A stretch of DNA of 64,000 nucleotides from Pseudomonadota bacterium (GTDB taxonomy: Bacteria > Myxococcota > JACRCW01 > JAFGSX01), in the NCBI GenBank assembly GCA_043821645.1, contig JBDRCO010000087.1:276552-340551 (forward strand), written 5' to 3'. A program made the position numbers and the translations under genes. The notes beneath the pieces are model-generated. The model was not told the DNA's origin, did not search any database, and saw only the letters and a list, made by a program, of their open reading frames with translations. The first letter of the stretch is position 1. Every line of letters starts with the position of its first letter. Below are positions 59,005 through 64,000 of this stretch, piece after piece.

Positions 59005-59058
59005 TAACATATTGAAACTATGCAATATTTTTTGCAGTGCCAAGGGCACGCAACTTGA
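59005..59058 (+). promoter_or_regulatory. Putative sigma54 promoter with upstream IHF-like site for the minor-pilin cluster
   Basis: GGGCACGCAACTTGA (59044-59058) vs TGGCACG-N4-TTGC; minus-strand TTTCAATATGTTA (59005-59017), one mismatch to WATCAANNNNTTR; AT-rich. Confidence 0.6.
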
Positions 59059-59084
59059 ATCTGTCCTCCCCGATGGAGAGAACA

Positions 59085-59687
59085 ATGACCACAGCACACG
59101 CCGCACAAGCTCCAAAGAGTGCCTGGCTGCGCCCGACCCAGCTCGGGTTCACTCTCATCGAGGCCATGATCACCGTGGGCATCATGTCGGCCCTGGTGGC
59201 CATCGCGGTGCCCGCACTGCGCCCCCTCACGAGCAAGACCCATCTGCGAGAAGAAGCCGAGTCGGTGGCGGGCTTTTTGGACCTGGCGCGGCGCACCGCC
59301 TTCAACGAGGGCCGCTGCGTCCGCGTGAACCTGTCCTCCGGGATGCTGATCATGGCCCGACGCAACCACGCGGACTGTGTCACCGATGTCACCACCGGCG
59401 CCTGGACCACCGTCCGCAGCCAGGCCCCGCTGTACAAAGAGCACAGCTTCACCGTCACCTCGTCAGGTGCTCCCGCCAGTACGCTGATTTTCAGGCCTCA
59501 TGGCTGGCTGCGTGGTGACGCTGACCACAACAAGGCCGAGGACACCGGGCGCGTGGCCATCGCCTCGACCAGGGAGCCCAACAAGCTGGGGATCCTGGTC
59601 ACCAGCATGAGTCGCATCTGCATCAAGGGCCTGGGCTCGGGTGCCCTGCCCGCGCTGTCGAGCGCGGCGGATTCGCTGTGCCCGTGA
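59085..59687 (+). CDS. fimU: Type IV minor pilin, FimU/GspH-like
   Basis: LG/FTLIEAM prepilin site, AVP, ARRTAF, IFRPHG; GGAGAG RBS. Confidence 0.8.
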   Translation: MTTAHAAQAPKSAWLRPTQLGFTLIEAMITVGIMSALVAIAVPALRPLTSKTHLREEAESVAGFLDLARRTAFNEGRCVRVNLSSGMLIMARRNHADCVTDVTTGAWTTVRSQAPLYKEHSFTVTSSGAPASTLIFRPHGWLRGDADHNKAEDTGRVAIASTREPNKLGILVTSMSRICIKGLGSGALPALSSAADSLCP

Positions 59688-59752
59688 GCCCGTCGAGCAC
59701 GATGAGAAGCCTGCCTGGCGCCGGGGTCGCAGGCAGTGAACGGAGGTCGGTG

Positions 59753-60187
59753 ATGGTCAGACGCGCGCGAACAAGGCGAGGGCGCCCCGGCAGGGCTCGT
59801 GGCTACCTGCTGATCGAAGCCATGATCAGCACGGGGATCATGGCCGTCGTGCTGGCCTCCACCATGCAGCTCATGGCCAATGCACGTTTCAGGCTGGGCA
59901 AGGCTCGCAACCCCGAGGTTGCGTCCGCCGTGGCCCTGTCCCTGGCCGAGGAGCTGGCCGGCAATCCGCACGTCACGGTGGCTGCAACGGCGTGGGCGCC
60001 AGTGCCTGGCAAGACTGGCTTTGAGTGGAAATGGAGCGAGACGACCTCGGGTCTGCACACCGCCAGCACGCCCAACCTGGCTTCCTCGGACACCCTGCAC
60101 GAGATCCGGGTGTGGGTCCGCTATCCCTCGGAGAGGGGTCCGCTGACCGTCTCGTACCGTCTCCTCAAGCGCAAGAAGCTCAATTAG
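59753..60187 (+). CDS. pilV: Type IV minor pilin, PilV/GspI-like
   Basis: RG/YLLIEAM prepilin site; LAEEL; GGAGG RBS; second in cluster. Confidence 0.75.
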   Translation: MVRRARTRRGRPGRARGYLLIEAMISTGIMAVVLASTMQLMANARFRLGKARNPEVASAVALSLAEELAGNPHVTVAATAWAPVPGKTGFEWKWSETTSGLHTASTPNLASSDTLHEIRVWVRYPSERGPLTVSYRLLKRKKLN

Positions 60188-60202
60188 CGGGGAGCCAAGC
60201 AC

Positions 60203-61510
60203 GTGAGACACATCAGAAGCACAGGTCGACCGCAGCATCGTGGGTTCACGCTCATCGAACTCATGGTGAGCCTTGCGGTCGTCCTGATCGTCTCGGCGGC
60301 GGGCATGGAGCTCTACGTCATCGCACGCAAGAACCAGAGCGAGGGCATGGTGCAGGCGTCCATCTCCCGGGATGCCCAGCTGGTGCTCGACTGGGTCGAG
60401 CGCGACCTGAGCTACCTGGGCGCGGGCGTGCCGCGCGGCTGCCCGGCCACCAGCGACACCGACATCGCGGGTTCCTGCGCCACCAAGTCGTTGCGACCGC
60501 CCATCCGCATCGGCCACAACGACAACCTGGTGTTCGTGGGCGATCTGCCCCTGCCGCACTCCGATCTCAACGGCATCGTGCAGATCGCCGCGATCAATAG
60601 TGGTTCTCTCTCGAACGCCAAGCTCACGGTGATGTCCGAGCTGTCGGGCTGCGTGCCGCCGAGCGCGGGCACCGATTCGGGCAATCACCATTGCGCCACC
60701 CACCTTGCGAGCCTCATTCCGACGGGGAGCGCCACGGACTGCAACAGCAGTAACCCCACCGCGGCGACCTGCCCCTGGGGGCTCAACAAGTGGTTCACGG
60801 CTGCCGGCAACACGGCCGAGTTCATCATTGGCTATCCCAATGGCACCTGGACGCGCAAGCGGTGGAACGGCACCAATGGTTCCGGACTGGCTACGACGGA
60901 CGACTACTACGGGGTTGTCGCCGAGGCGAACTGGCCAGCTGCCAGCCTGCAAAATGTGCCCCAGAGCGAGCTGTTCACGGGCAAGGCCTCGACCAGCTTC
61001 ATCTCGCACATCGACAGGGTGTTCTACTCGGTCGAGAATACAGCCGGAGCAGCCTGCGGCGGCAGCAACTGCGTGCTCAAGCGACGCCAGTGCTGGGCCA
61101 AGGTGCAGGACCCCTCGGTTGCCAACTGGCCGCCGGTGCAAAATACGCGCATGCGCAGCAGCAGCACGCCAGCCGACTGCAGTCCCCCCGACGAGGGGAC
61201 GCCCTGGATGACCCTGATGACAGGGATCAGGAGCATGGAGTTCAAGTACTACCAGAACTCCGACAGCGTCGGCACCGACGAGATCAACACCAGCACCTGG
61301 GATGCCGAGGATTCATCGCGCACCCGCCTGGTCGAGGTCATTCTGACCCTGGAGCGCAAGATCCCCCGCACCAACAACCGCTTCATCAAGCACACCGTGC
61401 GGCGACGCGTCTTGCTGAGAAACCGGGGAGGGATCGCCGACCCCAGCATCGCGTTGAGCAGCGGCGGATGCCTGGCCAACGGAACCGTCAACGAGTGTCA
61501 GTGGGACTAG
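60203..61510 (+). CDS. pilW: Type IV minor pilin, PilW/GspJ-like (large, Cys-rich)
   Basis: RG/FTLIELM; ERDLSYLG.G; late LMTGIRSMEFKY and VLLRN motifs. Confidence 0.8.
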   Translation: MRHIRSTGRPQHRGFTLIELMVSLAVVLIVSAAGMELYVIARKNQSEGMVQASISRDAQLVLDWVERDLSYLGAGVPRGCPATSDTDIAGSCATKSLRPPIRIGHNDNLVFVGDLPLPHSDLNGIVQIAAINSGSLSNAKLTVMSELSGCVPPSAGTDSGNHHCATHLASLIPTGSATDCNSSNPTAATCPWGLNKWFTAAGNTAEFIIGYPNGTWTRKRWNGTNGSGLATTDDYYGVVAEANWPAASLQNVPQSELFTGKASTSFISHIDRVFYSVENTAGAACGGSNCVLKRRQCWAKVQDPSVANWPPVQNTRMRSSSTPADCSPPDEGTPWMTLMTGIRSMEFKYYQNSDSVGTDEINTSTWDAEDSSRTRLVEVILTLERKIPRTNNRFIKHTVRRRVLLRNRGGIADPSIALSSGGCLANGTVNECQWD

Positions 61511-61516
61511 GAGGCG

Positions 61517-63697
61517 ATGATGTTCAGGTTTGCTCGTGCCCGCACCCGGGCCAGGCGTCAGGGTGGTTTTGCCCTGGTCATCGTCGTGGTGCTGGCCGTG
61601 GCTGCCACTGCGGCCGTGGCGGCGCTGTACACGGCCTTTCTGTCCACCCGACTGCCAGCGGCCAAGACCGCCGCGGGGGACATGTCGCGCAGCATCGCCG
61701 AGAGCGGCATGGCGCGCACCATCGCCTACCTGCAAAGGGCCGTCTCGAGCGATATGGACAGGGTGCTCGACCCCGGGTGGACGGCCGTGTGCAACTCGCC
61801 CAACTCCGCAGCCTGGGAGCCGCCCGTCATGTGCGCCAGTGGCGCAGCGATCAACTGCTTCCGGCCGGTGCCCAACTTCACCGACACCGGCGCCGGGACC
61901 GTGTACTACAACAGCCAGCCCTACCGTCGGGTGCCCTACTCCGGCGGCGCCTACCTGGTGCAGTTCAGCGATGACGCGGACGACCTGGTCGCCAACGCCG
62001 ACTGGAACACAGCCACCGGCAACAGCCTGACCCTCGGTGACCCCAACTGCATGGAGGGCCCCGCCGGCCTGGGTGGGGGTGACAACCCCGCGCGCGATCG
62101 CAACCGCACCATCTGGATCACGGTGATAGGCATCTACCCGGGCACCAATCCCGCTGTGACCCAGCAGCGCACCACCCTGCGCAAGCTGCACACGTCCGTC
62201 CTGCCGCCGGCCGTCGTGGGCATGGAGGTCAAGGGCAACATCGATGTCTCGGGTAGCGGCGATTTCCTGGGCTGCAGCCCCATTGGCTCGATCGAGATTG
62301 ATGGCAACTTCGTGGGCCCCGGCAGCGGCAAGGCCTGCGCCTGTGGATTTTCCCTCGCCGATGGTCTCGGCAGCTGGGATCACTGCACCGACGCGGCCAT
62401 CACGGGTTCCGCGCCCAACTGCGGCTCGGTGGGCGTGGGCTGTGCGGACGGTGTCCTGGACACCCCTGGCCCCGTCCTCCCCGCCATCCCCTCGCCGGAT
62501 TTAGCCGGCGGCGCACCTGGGGACCCTGGCACGGACTGGTATGTCGACTGGTCGCGGCCGTGCGTGTTCTGGCTGAGCGACAACCTGTACAACGGCAGCC
62601 TGTGGTTCTGGGATGCCAATGCCCACCGGGCCTCCTGCTCGGCCGACGGTACCGTTTGCGGGCCCTGTGGCAGCATGGAGGGGGCCGACCAGGGCTTGCT
62701 GTGGGGACCAGACCTCAACAACACCGGCCACCCCGCCTCCTACGCCAGGTGCTGGACGCCTCTCATCGTCAACGCGAACACCACGTGCGACTGGGTTGGA
62801 CCTGGCGCCAGCGAGGTGGACACCGCGGGTGGCTGCTTCTGGAAGCCCAATAATACTGCTGCCAGCTCCACGGTCTCCGCCGTGAATGGCACACTCACCG
62901 GGTTGGTGGTGCCGGTGCCGGCGACCGAAGTCTGGCCGACGTCACTGGGCGGCTGTGCTGGTACCCCCTGCGGTGCCACCTGGAACATAGGTGCCGAGAC
63001 CGTGAACAAGCCAGCCTGGGCCTCGTGCTCGTTCAACTACCCGCCCTACCCGACGGGTGCCCTGCCCAGCCAGCCAGTGAACTGTGGCGCGGCCTGCGAC
63101 GGCACCAACAAGGCCATGTTGTGGCTTGGCGGCGGCACCAACAACTGGTGGTTCAACGGCGCCAGCTCGGCCACCCTCAACGCCGTCCCCGCGGGTGTGT
63201 ACATCTTTAACAAGTACATAGCCCTGACAGGTGGGTCACCGCCGGGCTTCAACGCGCCCAACCCTCCACCCGATCCGGCCACATCGCCCTACTTCAATGG
63301 CTGGCCCAAGGCCTCGGTGCTGGTCAAGAATTCCAGCGCCACCCCAACGACCGACATGATGATAGACCTGCAGACCTCAGCGAACGGCTACTGGTTCGGC
63401 GTGGGTCAGAAAAGTGGCAACCCGGATGGCAGCGGGGCGCGCTATCCCTCGATCATGACGACGGGCAAGGTGAGCTTGCATGGCAGCACGCCGACACACA
63501 TCGCCGGCAATCTCTACTCCAAGGGCAAGTTCGGCTGGACAGGCGGCAGCACCAACTGGTTCTACGGCGAGACGCACCTGGACAGCGACTTCGTCATCGG
63601 CGGCAGCGGTGTCTATGTCTGGAAGTACACGGTGGCCCAGCAACCCATGCCGCCCGCGTCGGGATCGCCTCCCACCCAGACTCCCTCACCGCAGTAA
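61517..63697 (+). CDS. pilX: PilX/GspK-like minor pilin with very large C-terminal domain
   Basis: QGG/FALVIVVVL (no Glu5), SIAESG helix motif, 726 aa; AGGAGG RBS. Confidence 0.75.
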   Translation: MMFRFARARTRARRQGGFALVIVVVLAVAATAAVAALYTAFLSTRLPAAKTAAGDMSRSIAESGMARTIAYLQRAVSSDMDRVLDPGWTAVCNSPNSAAWEPPVMCASGAAINCFRPVPNFTDTGAGTVYYNSQPYRRVPYSGGAYLVQFSDDADDLVANADWNTATGNSLTLGDPNCMEGPAGLGGGDNPARDRNRTIWITVIGIYPGTNPAVTQQRTTLRKLHTSVLPPAVVGMEVKGNIDVSGSGDFLGCSPIGSIEIDGNFVGPGSGKACACGFSLADGLGSWDHCTDAAITGSAPNCGSVGVGCADGVLDTPGPVLPAIPSPDLAGGAPGDPGTDWYVDWSRPCVFWLSDNLYNGSLWFWDANAHRASCSADGTVCGPCGSMEGADQGLLWGPDLNNTGHPASYARCWTPLIVNANTTCDWVGPGASEVDTAGGCFWKPNNTAASSTVSAVNGTLTGLVVPVPATEVWPTSLGGCAGTPCGATWNIGAETVNKPAWASCSFNYPPYPTGALPSQPVNCGAACDGTNKAMLWLGGGTNNWWFNGASSATLNAVPAGVYIFNKYIALTGGSPPGFNAPNPPPDPATSPYFNGWPKASVLVKNSSATPTTDMMIDLQTSANGYWFGVGQKSGNPDGSGARYPSIMTTGKVSLHGSTPTHIAGNLYSKGKFGWTGGSTNWFYGETHLDSDFVIGGSGVYVWKYTVAQQPMPPASGSPPTQTPSPQ

Positions 63698-63876
63698 GCG
63701 GCTCCCGAAGCGCGACCAGGGCCAGGTGCCGGGCATCCTGCTGATGGTCGGGGCACCCTCCTGAGCACCCAAGGGCCTGGAGTCTCGCGAGCCCCTGAGC
63801 GATGCTGGCGGTGATGTCTGCGGGAGGCAACACGGCCCGCAGGTCGAGGGCGAGAGCGGGCGTCAGCAAGGACACC

Positions 63877-64000
63877 ATGGGTCGCTGGACAGGTCTCGAG
63901 GCTGGGTCAGGCTCCCGCCGCGCGCTGCTCGTGCTGGCCCTGGCGTCCGGACTGTGCGGCCTGGGCTACGAGGTCCTGTACGCACGCCTGCTGTCGACCT
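63877..64000 (+). CDS. 5' part of a membrane protein of the fused MFS/spermidine-synthase-like family (truncated by window)
   Basis: AAGGA RBS, ATG at 63877; translates to ..LALASGLCGLGYEVLYARLLST. Confidence 0.65.
   Translation, partial: MGRWTGLEAGSGSRRALLVLALASGLCGLGYEVLYARLLST

Overview
High-GC chromosomal window, most likely from a Myxococcota bacterium. The evidence is a tgl-type pilotin cluster, a CglF/GltF-like gene, a giant MYXO-CTERM Cys-repeat protein, a split F1Fo operon and a T3SS export-gate gene. I saw no rRNA, tRNA, CRISPR array or transposase. Contents in order: sctT/fliR, long MlaD, OmpA-family lipoprotein, octaheme HAO-like cytochrome with a perfect FNR box, and the rpsP-khpA-rimM-trmD-RNA MTase-rplS-rnhB-yraN-rsmI backbone. 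That backbone is interrupted by (i) a tubulin-superfamily/HEAT fusion, (ii) gdhA plus a REC-REC-PPDK_N protein and (iii) a degenerate, membrane-anchored SMC/Rad50-like protein. Next come an OM barrel, a sigma54 two-component pair, cydAB, atpF'FHAGDC, a ~2680-aa surface protein with 45 Cys repeats, recO/tgl, an FHA-cyclase/Ser-Thr kinase/HAD operon and a minor-pilin cluster with a 726-aa PilX and no adjacent PilY1. The most interesting non-coding signals are a dispersed ~62-nt two-hairpin element with covarying stems, whose arrays begin within 10 nt of stop codons (6 full and 3 partial copies), and an AT-rich codon block hidden inside the tubulin gene. All family assignments come from motif recognition by eye; no database search was run.
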